Assembly: GCA_049999805.1 (NCBI GenBank)
Contig: JBNGIO010005428.1
Location: 36,479-93,858, forward strand
Direction: 5' to 3'
DNA length: 57,380 nucleotides
DNA from: Folioceros fuciformis
Lineage: Eukaryota
Under the pieces are notes generated by a model that had not been told where the DNA came from, searched no databases, and was given only the letters and a program-made list of their open reading frames with translations. Below are positions 1-10,426 of the stretch, in pieces. A program made the translations under genes and the position numbers. Within the stretch, counting starts at the first letter, position 1; every line of letters starts with the position of its first letter.

Positions 1-197
1 AGCATTAGGTGGCTGCGAGTGTGAGGAGTGCCTTAGCTAGTTTTCAAATGAGCATTAGGTGGCTGCGAGTGTGAGGAGTGCCTTAGCTAGTTTTCAAATG
101 AGCATTAGGTGGCTGCGAGTGTGAGGAGTGCCTTAGCTAGTTTTCAAATGAGCATTAGGTGGCTGCGAGTGTGAGGAGTGCCTTAGCTAGTTTTCAA
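1..197. repeat. Tandem repeat, 50-bp unit, ~4 identical copies (runs off window start)
   Basis: agcattaggtggctgcgagtgtgaggagtgccttagctagttttcaaatg begins at 1, 51, 101 and 151. Confidence 0.97.
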
Positions 198-375
198 CTA
201 CAGGTGCCTCCATAGATTCAAGAAATATCATGCACTTGGAGATGAAAACATGCTGGAGGCACAAGCAACTAGAAGCTGCCCTCCAACCAATTTGTGGTTG
301 TAGGTGCCCTTGCAAGCCTTCAAATAGGCACGCGCATGGATGCTCTCTCATAGCTATCCATAGGCCCCTGTGAAG

Positions 376-614
376 GCCTATGTGCACAATGAGTGTGGTG
401 TAGACTTCAAACTAAGCAACTCTAAGTAGCCTATGTACACAATGAGTGTGGTGTAGACTTCAAACTAAGCAACTCTAAGTAGCCTATGTGCACAATGAGT
501 GTGGTGTAGACTTCAAACTAAGCAACTCTAAGTAGTGAGTGAGTGTGAGCGCGGTTTGTGGTGTAGACTTTAGACTAAGCAACTCTAAGTAGTGAGTGAG
601 TGTGAGAGCGCGGT
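376..614. repeat. Tandem repeat, 53-bp unit (3 copies plus a degenerate 4th)
   Basis: gcctatgtgcacaatgagtgtggtgtagacttcaaactaagcaactctaagta at 376, 429 and 482. Partial variant at ~557-591 with duplicated gtgagtgagtgtgag..gcgcggt tails. Confidence 0.93.
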
Positions 615-735
615 CATGATTCATACATGTTGGTTTTTCTGCCTAGCAATGTGTCTTCTTTGGCATGCCATAACACACATGAGCACCCATTTAAGAAGCC
701 TTGATACTATGCTCCTCATCCATGTAGGCCTATTG

Positions 736-814
736 CTCTAGTAGCTGCTTAATCAAATAGTTGTCCCTCTACCTCTCTAGTAGCTACTTAATCAAATAGT
801 TGTCCCTCCACCTC
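736..814. repeat. Direct tandem duplication, 39-bp unit x2
   Basis: ctctagtagct(g/a)cttaatcaaatagttgtccctc at 736 and 775. Confidence 0.85.
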
Positions 815-1616
815 CACAATCGTGTCCAAGCTTTCTTCCTACTATTAACCTCTATTTGGGCCACCTTTCTCTCTCCCTTAGCATTCCCTTCCAAGGGCAT
901 GATTGAGAAGGGCACCATGGAGAAGGATGCAACCTCCTATACGACATTATGCTTATGTAGCTCGTTGTCACAACCTCCAAAGCTAAAGATGTGCTATACT
1001 GGGCTCTATCTTCTAACGAAATGGTCCATGAAACACACATTCTAGATTTCTCCTCACACAACCACCACCACTTCACTCGCTTTTCATGCAAAGGGATGTA
1101 TTTATGAGTACCATGAACCTTTGTTCAAGTATGTAGCTTCATTCCATTCCAACTCAACACAACACGCGTATGCCACTTCAACAACAGAACCCTGCATTAC
1201 CCATCATTTAAGGATTCGTCAGCCGGGTGAGATATGCAGTTTCTTCACCACCGACGGCCCGGATCATCCTCAGAACAGATGTACTCTATGCCCACCTTGA
1301 GATAGCATGAACAATGACGACAGGTTCACGTGCCAATCTAGAGGCAAGACAACGGGTCCACTCCCACTCGGGACACGGAGATCAGCTCGCACCGGGCAAG
1401 CAATAGGTCAGCCACAACACCGAGAAGACGTCCACACCGTAAAGCCGCACGCCTCCTCTCAAGCCTGGGTTGCAGCAGCTCTCACTACGCATACGCTTCA
1501 CTTCCACAGGGAACAACTTTCGTACAGGACTGCACATGCACAGGCCCAGACAAAGCTCATCCACTTGCTGCCAAAATAATTGGTTTTAGTGACCTGGGGG
1601 ATGGTAGGGATGATAG

Positions 1617-4600
1617 ATGCCGGATGTGAGCCGCGGGGTTGAGCGGTGTTCAACTACCCAAGGGATGGCCTCCACCATCCCGTTGACAGCGAAATGGCAG
1701 AGTGTTTGCACCAGCAAGGGGTCCGATATCGGGGATTCGTCCATACTCAAGAGTCTGTGTGAGGAGGGCCGTTTGGATAAGGCACTGGAAACTTTGTTCC
1801 AGGTGGATCTGCAAGTCAGCGTACCTTCGGTCCAGACTTACAGGTATATTCTGCAGGCATGCTCGAAGAATAGAGCTCTGCTTCAGGCCAAACAAGTCCT
1901 ACTTCATATCAAGCGGAGTGGGCTGGCTTCGGATGTGTTTTTGGGAGAATCTGTGGTCAGCACGCTCGTCAAGTGTGGAGGCCTTGCAGATGCCATGCGA
2001 GAGTTCACTTTGTTGTCCAGACGTAGTGTCTTCCCGTGGAATGAGATCATAGCAGGGTTCGCGAAATCTGGACAGGGCCAGCAAGCTCTGAGGCTTTATC
2101 AGCAGATGTTGGAGGAAGGTGTGAAGCCAAACAAGTACACCTTTCTCAGCCTTGTGAAATCCTGCAGCAGCTTGGGAGAGCTGAAGCGGATACATGCTGA
2201 TGCTTTCAAGTACAGATGTGAGTCGGATGTGTTCGTTGGAAACACTCTCATTCACAAGTACGCAAGCTGTGGGAGCATCTCAGATGCTTGTCGTGTGTTC
2301 AATTCGCTGCCGGATCGCACTGTAGTCTCATGGAATGCCATGCTCGCCGGATATGCAGAGCAAGGCCAGGCTGAGAAAGCTTGGGAGCTCTATGGCCGGA
2401 TGCAAGCGGAAGGTGTCACTCCCAATGAAAGGACCTTTGTGAGCGTGCTTAAAGCATGTAGCAGCCTCGCGGACAGAGAGGCGGGCAGAGCTGTGGGTGG
2501 GAGGATGTTGAAACTTGAGACGCTGAAGAAGGGGAGAACTGTGTGTGACAAAGTTGAGAAGATCGGGTCTAAGCCAGATGTGTATGTTGCGTCTGCTGTG
2601 GTGAGTATGTATGCAAGCTGTGGTAGCATTGTGGATGCAAGGAATGCATTTGATGCATTGCCCCGACGTGATGCAGTGCTATGGAATGCCATGATTGCAG
2701 GGTATGCCGACCAGGAAGAAGGTGATGAATCTTTGCGGCTTTACTCCCGGATGCAACAAGAGGGCGTTAGTCCAAACATGCGGACTTATGTTAGCCTTCT
2801 CAAAGCCTGCAGCAGCCTTGCATCCAGTGAAGCAAGCACTCGTATAGATGGGCAATTGATCAAGGTGCAGTCCCTTCAGAAGGGGAGGGCTCTAGTTGAT
2901 GCGGTTGTCAGCGAAGGCTATGAATCGAACGTGTTTGTCCGTAGCGCCCTTGTAAGCATGTATGCAAGCTGTGGGAGTGTGGTGGATGCTCGCCAGGTTT
3001 TTGACACCTTGTCTGAGCATGATGTTGTGACATACAATGCGATGATGGCAGGGTATGCGGAACATGAACAGGGTGAGAAAGCAGTACAACTTTATTACAA
3101 GATGCAAGAGGAAGGGCTGAGACCTAATGACAGGACATTTGTGAGTGTGCTCACAGCATGCAGTAGCCTTGCTGACAAGGAAGCAAGCAAGCTCGTGGAC
3201 GGGAAACGAGTCAAAGTGGAGTCACTTAAGCAGGGGAAGGCCATATACAACGATGTTGTGCAAGGGGGTTTTGAATCGGATGTGTTCGTTGGTAGCAGTG
3301 CCCTGCACATGTTTGCAAGTTGCGGGAAGATTGAGGATGCACGCCATATCTTTGACAATTTGTCCGTGCGCAATGTGGTGTCTTGGAATGCAATGATTGA
3401 AGGTTATGCCGAGCAAGAACAAGGAGATGCAGCTTTGCTGCTGTATTCTCAAATGCGTGAAGGGGGGTTAATGCCTAACGAAAGGACCTTTGTGAGTGTA
3501 CTCACAGCATGTAGTAGCCTGGCAGACAAGGAAGGTATCACTCTTTTGGGTGAGGAGTCTGTGAAAGTGGAGTCTCTGCGAAAAGGAAGGGCAGTCCACG
3601 ATGAGATAGTCCGCATGGGCTATGCCTCAGATGCGTTCGTTAGCACCTCCGTCATTCACATGTATGCAAGTTGCGGTAGTATCAAGGAGGCAAGGCATGT
3701 GTTTGATAATTTGTCTGAACGTCGTGTGGTGTCATGGAATGCTATGATCGCAGGTTATGCTGACCAAGAACAGGGTGACGAGGCTCTAGAGGTGTATGCT
3801 CAAATGCAGGCATGTGATGTGAAACCTGATGAGAGAACGTTTGTCTGCATCCTGAGAGCTTGCAGTAACTCTGGCGCCCTGGACTTATGCCGTCAGATCT
3901 ATCAGGATAGGGTTGATTATGGATTGGAGTGGAATGTTGTGGTTGCAACTGCTTTCATCCATGCATATGGGAAATGTGGAAGCATGGTGGATGCGCAGCA
4001 GTTGTTTGACTCGTTGCCCGACCCTGACGCAATAGCATGGAGTGCATTGGTGGCAGGATATGCACGACAGGGCGAGTGTGGAAAGTGCTTCGAGTGTTTT
4101 GAGCGGATGCTACAGGCAGACATGGAGCCAAATGGAGTCATATTTGTGTCACTCATTTCAGCATGCAGCCATTCTGGCATGGTGGACAGAGGCCTTGGAT
4201 ACTTCGAAACCATGACAAGAGATCATGGCATCTCTCCAGGACTTGACCACTATGCATGCATGGTAGACCTCCTTGGCCGTGCAGGTCTCTTCGGCAAGGC
4301 TGAAGCGCTTCTCTCAAGTATGCCCATGGAGCCTGATCTGACAGTTTGGTTGTCTCTGCTAGGAGCCTGCCAAAAGTACGGCAATGTGGAGCTAGGCAAA
4401 CAGGCCTTCGAGTGCTCAATACGTCTGGAGCCGAAACATGCATCACCATATGTGTTGATGGCAAACATCTACTCCCAAGCTGGCATGTGGGAGCGAGCCA
4501 AGGAGATCCATGACCTCAGACAACGAACAGGTGCCCGCAAGAAACCTGGGCAGAGTTGGATCGAATATGAGCAGAAGGTGCATTTGTTTAGGGTCGGAGA

Positions 4601-4700
4601 CAGCACGAGCAAACGTGTCACTGACATGCTCGAAGAACTAAGCTCTCAGATGGGCTGCGACATGGAGTCCACGGTAGCTCTGTCTGCAACGCCTCTGTGA
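1617..4700 (+). CDS. PLS-class pentatricopeptide repeat protein (E/E+ subclass, no DYW); putative organellar RNA-editing specificity factor with long (LL-type) L motifs
   Basis: Intronless 1027-aa ORF. P-L-S triplets (VVSWNAMIAGYA / ERTFVSVLxAC / DVFVxSALVxMYAxCG), E1-E2 (VWLSLLGAC; YVLMANIY), PG-box KKPGQSWIE, then a stop without the HxE/CxxC deaminase motifs. The start could be a downstream Met. Confidence 0.96.
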   Translation: MPDVSRGVERCSTTQGMASTIPLTAKWQSVCTSKGSDIGDSSILKSLCEEGRLDKALETLFQVDLQVSVPSVQTYRYILQACSKNRALLQAKQVLLHIKRSGLASDVFLGESVVSTLVKCGGLADAMREFTLLSRRSVFPWNEIIAGFAKSGQGQQALRLYQQMLEEGVKPNKYTFLSLVKSCSSLGELKRIHADAFKYRCESDVFVGNTLIHKYASCGSISDACRVFNSLPDRTVVSWNAMLAGYAEQGQAEKAWELYGRMQAEGVTPNERTFVSVLKACSSLADREAGRAVGGRMLKLETLKKGRTVCDKVEKIGSKPDVYVASAVVSMYASCGSIVDARNAFDALPRRDAVLWNAMIAGYADQEEGDESLRLYSRMQQEGVSPNMRTYVSLLKACSSLASSEASTRIDGQLIKVQSLQKGRALVDAVVSEGYESNVFVRSALVSMYASCGSVVDARQVFDTLSEHDVVTYNAMMAGYAEHEQGEKAVQLYYKMQEEGLRPNDRTFVSVLTACSSLADKEASKLVDGKRVKVESLKQGKAIYNDVVQGGFESDVFVGSSALHMFASCGKIEDARHIFDNLSVRNVVSWNAMIEGYAEQEQGDAALLLYSQMREGGLMPNERTFVSVLTACSSLADKEGITLLGEESVKVESLRKGRAVHDEIVRMGYASDAFVSTSVIHMYASCGSIKEARHVFDNLSERRVVSWNAMIAGYADQEQGDEALEVYAQMQACDVKPDERTFVCILRACSNSGALDLCRQIYQDRVDYGLEWNVVVATAFIHAYGKCGSMVDAQQLFDSLPDPDAIAWSALVAGYARQGECGKCFECFERMLQADMEPNGVIFVSLISACSHSGMVDRGLGYFETMTRDHGISPGLDHYACMVDLLGRAGLFGKAEALLSSMPMEPDLTVWLSLLGACQKYGNVELGKQAFECSIRLEPKHASPYVLMANIYSQAGMWERAKEIHDLRQRTGARKKPGQSWIEYEQKVHLFRVGDSTSKRVTDMLEELSSQMGCDMESTVALSATPL

Positions 4701-5171
4701 GCGCCCTCGCATTCTTTTGCTCTCTGGTGGAGATCAATGTTCGGGTGGGCCGATAACAGGACCTCCTGGCGTAGTTGGTGCATTCGTCATGCTCCAATTG
4801 CCGCCGTGCAACTTCCGCGTGGAGTTTCCGTCTTCCTTGTAAGCATCCGTCAAGCCCCACATTTACCCTATTTTTCAGTTATGTTGAGGTCAGCAGACGC
4901 CGGTCCGTAAACATGCCCATAAGTCTTCAACCGGACGAATGTATACTGGTGAAAACTTGCAGTTCTTGTTCTTGGATGCGCTGTCTCTCGATTAGGATTG
5001 TTTGCATTGAGACGGATGTAGTTGCTGTCGTTCGTATAGATTTCTGCGTTGTTATGTACTCCGTGTCTGACGCGGCGTGCCTGCTCGCAGTCTTGTTTAG
5101 GTTGTGTACGCCTCGACGTCTGATAGGAGTGTTTCCAAATCTGGAATGATCTGGAGTGACATTGGCTGACG

Positions 5172-5920
5172 ATGTTCAAGAATCGGTTGCAAGAATATAC
5201 ACAGAAAGCTTCGCTGCCGTCTCCCTTGTACGGGTTTATCAAGGACGGAGCTCCTCATCAGCCTCGCTTTAAAGCTACCGTAAGCGTGAACGGGGTCAGT
5301 TATGAGAGTGCTCCTGGTCATACCAACCTCAAATCCGCGGAGCAGGCTGCCGCCAAAGTAGCGCTTGAGCACCTTCAGGGAGGTAGTGGAGTCACATCTG
5401 CCCCCGTGGTATGTTGCATCATTGTCGCGCAGTTGCGTGGTATATTTTTTTCTGTCTGAGCTGAGCCTCCTAATTGCATTGAACTCTGGGAGCCTGTGAT
5501 ATGGTCGCGTATAATAGGCGTTCTCTCGAGATAGTGCTTGAAGTCCTTACTCCAGTGAATGCTTGCATCTACTTGCAGTTCGAATCCGGTCTTTACAAGT
5601 CTCTCTTACAAGAACACTTACAGAAGGCCAAATTGCCCTTGCCCGTGTACGTCCTACTGGAGACGGATAAAGGGCTGTTCACGGCTACCGTCGAAATTGG
5701 CGGGGTTAAGTACCGTGGACCGGTAGCCAGGAGCAGGAAGGAAGCTAAAATCCAGGCCGCTCGAGCTGCAGTTCTTGCAATCCAAAGTATAGCGGGCAAG
5801 TTCCCGCCGTTTTTCGATTTCGTGGTGTTTCCTTCGCTTTTTCTGCGGAACTTATGGTTTCCTTGCTCGTCTTGCTCAGCTTCTTCCGGTGAAGCAGGAG
5901 CTTATTATGGCATGGACTGA
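5172..5920 (+). CDS. Double-stranded RNA-binding protein (2 dsRBM), short divergent HYL1/DRB1 paralogue
   Basis: Exons 5172-5408 (MFKNRLQEYTQK..GAPHQPRFKATV..KSAEQAAAK), 5579-5795 (FESGLYKSLLQEHLQK..KEAKIQAARAAVLAI) and 5880-5920, the last after a probable GC-AG intron. Intron positions match the copy at 14559. Confidence 0.85.
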
Positions 5921-6930
5921 CAAGGGCTTGTGTGGGTAGGAGTGCACTGACATAAGAAGGATTCGTTCATAGATATCCATTATTTAGCATATTAAATTTA
6001 TACATAAATAGATATTATGATATTATATATGTAAATGTATGTGTAGCAAGGGCGGAGAAATAGCATTATTGGACTCCCGCTTCTGCATCTACAAATCCTA
6101 CATCATATGCCAGGACTGATGGCGATGGTAGGTGGTAGCATGTGGAGGCTTTGACGCACTGCAATTCGTGCGAGGATGACTGGGTCGTGACCTATGCAAC
6201 CAGCACCTCAGCCCGGTATGTAGCTCCACTCGTTCCACTGATGTGGGGCCTGGGGCCACCTCACGTCGTTCCTCACTCGTAACCATCCGGCTTTCATGCC
6301 ATGTCCTGGAATGCATGGGCCCAGCGGCATTCCACACCACATGCATCAACATTGTACAAGCGATTTAGGGCTTCAACAGGGCTTGACACAGTCACTACCC
6401 CACATTTGTGGCAGAAGGATGCCGGTGCGTCGGGCAATGACGGTATTATTCAGTGGCTGACGGAGAGGAGTGCACAGGAAAGCTGGGAAGAGCTAGAGTG
6501 AGCACAAGCATACTGTGAAGAACATATTTGAATGATCGACGACACTCGCACACGGCAAGTATCAAGCATGTGAGCCGGGATGACAGCGAAAGAGCTGAAA
6601 TTCTCAAGTGTGCCGCAGGCGGCAATTTCGATTCTGAACTGCGGCTTGGCGGGAATATCGCGGCTCCTCCAATGCCAAGACGGAGCTACATTTTGAATTA
6701 AGGGGATGGACCGGCGGCAAAACGAGGTGTCTTGAATGACGGAGTCTGCTCCCTAGGTACAGATTCCGTCTCTGACACATTTTGTGCCGTTTCAAACGCT
6801 TTCTTTGGCCACCTCCTTCCTAGTTTCAGCGATTATATTGAGTTTTCCGTCTTTCGCCTGGAGGCCATTCCCGCCCGAACGAGAGGTCTTCAAGAGTGCA
6901 AGGGAGGGGCCCCGGTGGCTTGACGCCTCC

Positions 6931-8301
6931 ATGGCAATGGTGAGGAGCTGGGACGAAATGAGTGTGGATGAGATCTGCAGCGACGAGAGGTGGACGGATG
7001 GCTTGATGTTCAAGCTTTGTGTTTTGGAAGGAGACTTGAGGGAGGTGCCAACCCCAAAGGCGGCCCCGTCAGCTGGGTGGGATTGCCGGAGGATGGATGG
7101 GGCTCTGTGGGCCTTGCTGCCCAGAGAGATCCTGGAGAATAGGATTCTCATGATGCTTCCCGTAGCAAGTAAATGTCGGTTCCGGGCTGTGTGCAAGGAG
7201 TGGCGGCGACTCTTGTCATCCTCTCAGGCTTTCCTTACTGCATCACCGTCGATGATTTGCTCTCTGGAGATGAGGCCAGCAGAGGAGGAGAACAAGGACG
7301 CTGATGAAAGTGTTTACTGGGACAGAGTGAGCAGATTGAAGCTGTGGGAGCTTTTGGAGAGCTGCAGGCCGCTGGCACAATTGGATGTCCCCTGTGTCGA
7401 TATGCAGGATGGGCTGATCTGTGTGGTTGATGCCCGTGCCGTGATGTCCCCTCAGAGCACAAACATCTGGGTTGTGAATCCGATGAATAACTCGCATAGA
7501 TTGTTGCCCAAGTGCGGGGCCACGTTCCCCAATCTGGAGAGGTGGAAGGTGAAGGTCCTGGTGGACAGGTTTCCGGGATCGGGGTTCCGTGTCCTCCTCA
7601 TGGGAAGATGCCGTCTTCAAGGGTTGTTCAGGGGAAGGCGGTTGCCAATAACTCTCGAGTCAGCCCTGTGCAGGGTGCTTAGCTATTCCTCCCAGACAGA
7701 TCGGTGGGAGCTGTTTTCCGCAGAGCGTCTGGAGGAAGGGTGCATTTTGGCTTGTGACTGGGTTGTGCAGGATGGAGTACTGTACTCCTTCTGTGACAGA
7801 ATGGACACTATAAATCTGTATACTCTGGAGGAAGGCACGGTGAAGTGCATAGCCCGAGTGGCGCTGGTGCAGGACACAGTCAACCTCACCTGCCCTAGTC
7901 GCAGGGTGGTAGGGCTCGTAGCCCACCTGGACGATATCTACGTGGTTAGAGGGTTTTCCGGGTACGCTAGTGCCCAGGGTGTGGTTGGGATCTGGCAGCT
8001 GGACAAGTCGGAGCTCAAGTGGAAGCACATATCTTCTGCTCCCGAAGCGTTGGTGGAGGGATCGGGCGGAAACGGCGACGATTGCGAAGTGAGCTATATG
8101 ATGTTCAGCAGCATGGGAGACTACATCCTGCTGGAATTTTCGGTGGTGTGCCAGACCGCAACAGGCTATTGGTCAAGGAAGTGGTTTGCGTATCATATCC
8201 CTGACCAGTCCTGGCATGACATCTCCACTTTTTGCACGAAGGACAGGGTTGAGCTTGACGCTCATTCCCTTTTTGTACCCAGATTTGATCTGTTTGTGTA
8301 G
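6931..8301 (+). CDS. F-box protein with C-terminal beta-propeller (kelch/FBA-like), intronless
   Basis: F-box LWALLPREILENRILMMLPVASKCRFRAVCKEWRRLL; IWVVNPM..RLLP motif; ends LFVPRFDLFV. First in-frame ATG is at 6931 (the ORF track start is GTG). Confidence 0.9.
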   Translation: MAMVRSWDEMSVDEICSDERWTDGLMFKLCVLEGDLREVPTPKAAPSAGWDCRRMDGALWALLPREILENRILMMLPVASKCRFRAVCKEWRRLLSSSQAFLTASPSMICSLEMRPAEEENKDADESVYWDRVSRLKLWELLESCRPLAQLDVPCVDMQDGLICVVDARAVMSPQSTNIWVVNPMNNSHRLLPKCGATFPNLERWKVKVLVDRFPGSGFRVLLMGRCRLQGLFRGRRLPITLESALCRVLSYSSQTDRWELFSAERLEEGCILACDWVVQDGVLYSFCDRMDTINLYTLEEGTVKCIARVALVQDTVNLTCPSRRVVGLVAHLDDIYVVRGFSGYASAQGVVGIWQLDKSELKWKHISSAPEALVEGSGGNGDDCEVSYMMFSSMGDYILLEFSVVCQTATGYWSRKWFAYHIPDQSWHDISTFCTKDRVELDAHSLFVPRFDLFV

Positions 8302-8997
8302 ATAGTTTAGGCTTGCGCAGCTGTGGCCGGTTTTGCTGGAAGTCGGTTTCCACATACAGTACGCACCGAACAGTAGTTTAGGCCTGGGTAAACGTGGCAG
8401 GTTTTGTTGGTCTGTGTCCAGCGCTGGTTCCTGCCGGCCAGCTTAGCTGTGCAAGCTGTGTAGGTTTGACAATTCTTTCGTTTCTAATGTCCAAGTATGG
8501 AAACAGCAATTCTGTGATTCTTTGACGGTCTCCTTCAGGAGACCAATCGTGGGCTCGTCATCATGAATTTGGATGTTGTATTAGCGGGCGCTAGTCAAAT
8601 GCCGGGAAGGAGGAGGTGGCGGCGGTGATGTAGGCAGTGCGCGTTGCGCGTGGGGCCCCCACGTCGAGATGTGACGGAGAGATGTGACGTCTGGCACGAG
8701 AACCGGTGAATGGCTACTTTAGGAGCACGTGATGCAGAAGGCGGGCGGATGGGCTAGGATCCAGCCAAGCAAGGCCCAAATGGCCGATGCGCTGGCCGCC
8801 AGGGAACTCCCCGTCTCACTTGCTTCAATCCTTCCTTGTCGGCTTGTTTTTTTATTGGGCGGCCAAGGCCTGGCTTGGGGAGGGTGGTGTCGGTCGGGAC
8901 GCCGCGTCCCTTTCCTGCCTCTGCCCGACGTGGTGGTGTCGGTGCTGCATCCTGCACTTGCTGTTGTTGTTGTTGTTGTGTTTGCCGGGTCAGTGAG

Positions 8998-10150
8998 ATG
9001 CCGGAGACACCCACACCTTGGGCAGCACAACCTCGCACTCACAACAAGAGACTCAGGAAGGAGCAGCCTGAGGACGGTGCGGCGGCCCGGTGCGTTGATC
9101 CGGCAGATGTATTGGAGGCAGACTTGTTGCAGTCTAGAATCTTGCGGTTGCTGGATGTCCACAGCCTGGCGCGTTGCACGATGGTGAGCCGGTTGTGGCG
9201 AGACTTGTCTCGGGCCGACGCGCTGTGGAACCATTTCTGCTGGCAGATGTGGACGGGGCGGGCGCACAGGCCACTCGCCCTGTTGCAGACCCCCTCCCTT
9301 CCTCCCCACCATGCCTGCCTCCTCACTCTGGCCGACAAGAAGCAGGTGGGTGGTGCCAAGTAAGGTGGGTGGTGCCATTACTTGCTGCGCACTGCAAGTA
9401 GCTGGCTCTGGCTCTGACGACGCCCTGCCCCCGTTCACCCTGCCTTTGCTTTGCGAAATTGGCAGGTGACCATTACGGCTCGGGAAGCCTGCGCCCGCAC
9501 CTGGGAGATACGATTGAAGCCAGTGAGTGCACACACTAGGTTTCACCTCGTGTCGCTCGGTTGGTTGTACCGGAGCCGGGCCGGGCCATTGATGTTCACT
9601 GTGTGTGTGCTGCAGCCGTGCCCTTCCTACTGGACCCAGCTGGACCCGTCGCAGAAGGGGAAGCCTCCCCTCAAGAGGTACTTTCATTGCGATGGCACCA
9701 TCACGGCGGACCCCGGGGATCCTATATGGGGAGGCCAAGAATGCTTGTGGTGGGTGGTGATGGAATCTGCTGGTCCTTTGTTCCTTCCGCTGCCACCTTA
9801 AAGGGGTGAATGAAGGTCGATTCGGAACCGGTTCTTCGACTACGGAAGGCTTGATGATTTTGGTGGGTGGCAGGAAGATTGTGTACAATGCCGGAACAGG
9901 AGATGGTGCCGACAGAGTGCAGCACATCCGGATCAACAGGTGGCCGCTGTTTCACATATCTCGCTCGGAAGACGGGCGGTGGGCCTTGGACAACACCTTC
10001 GCCAATTACTCCACCGTCCCCGATTTCCACGACTTCAAATCCCTGGCGGAGAAGGAGAAGAAGTGCGTCGGCTGCGGGTACTCGTCACCCAGACCAATTT
10101 CGAGCAGACCCAGATCTTCGGCCATGTCCACGGCCACGGCCGCCTCCTGA
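8998..10150 (+). CDS. F-box protein (plant family with WxxLDP..P.KRYFHxDG..ADPGD..WGG..RINRWP C-terminal domain)
   Basis: Exons 8998-9345, 9466-9522, 9616-9749 and 9874-10150 splice in frame with GT-AG. F-box DLLQSRILRLLDVHSLARCTMVSRLWR..ADALW. Confidence 0.85.
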
Positions 10151-10426
10151 TGGCCCGCGACCTGTACATGTGTACCGGTAGTGTTAGTCGGCGAAATTCT
10201 TAGAACATTCAGTGGGTGTGGGAGACTGTTCAACACGAGGCTGCTGGCTCTCTTCGCCTGGCTACCGGTTGCGCATTTTGTTTCATGGCGCACACTCCTG
10301 CTTTCTTCCTACTCTGGACCCTAAATCAAAAGACCTCTTGCGCCGTCTTCACCCATACCAACCCCGTCTGCATAGCGGATTTGACCGAAGCGATCGTGGA
10401 GTGAGCGAGCGAGCACGAACCGAGCC

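Noticed and set aside
1-614. CRISPR-like appearance of regular repeats
   Set aside because: Units are head-to-tail with no unique spacers, there are no cas genes, and the context is eukaryotic.
8719-9936. 405-aa minus-strand ORF
   Set aside because: Antisense shadow of the GC-rich spliced F-box gene; no recognisable domain.
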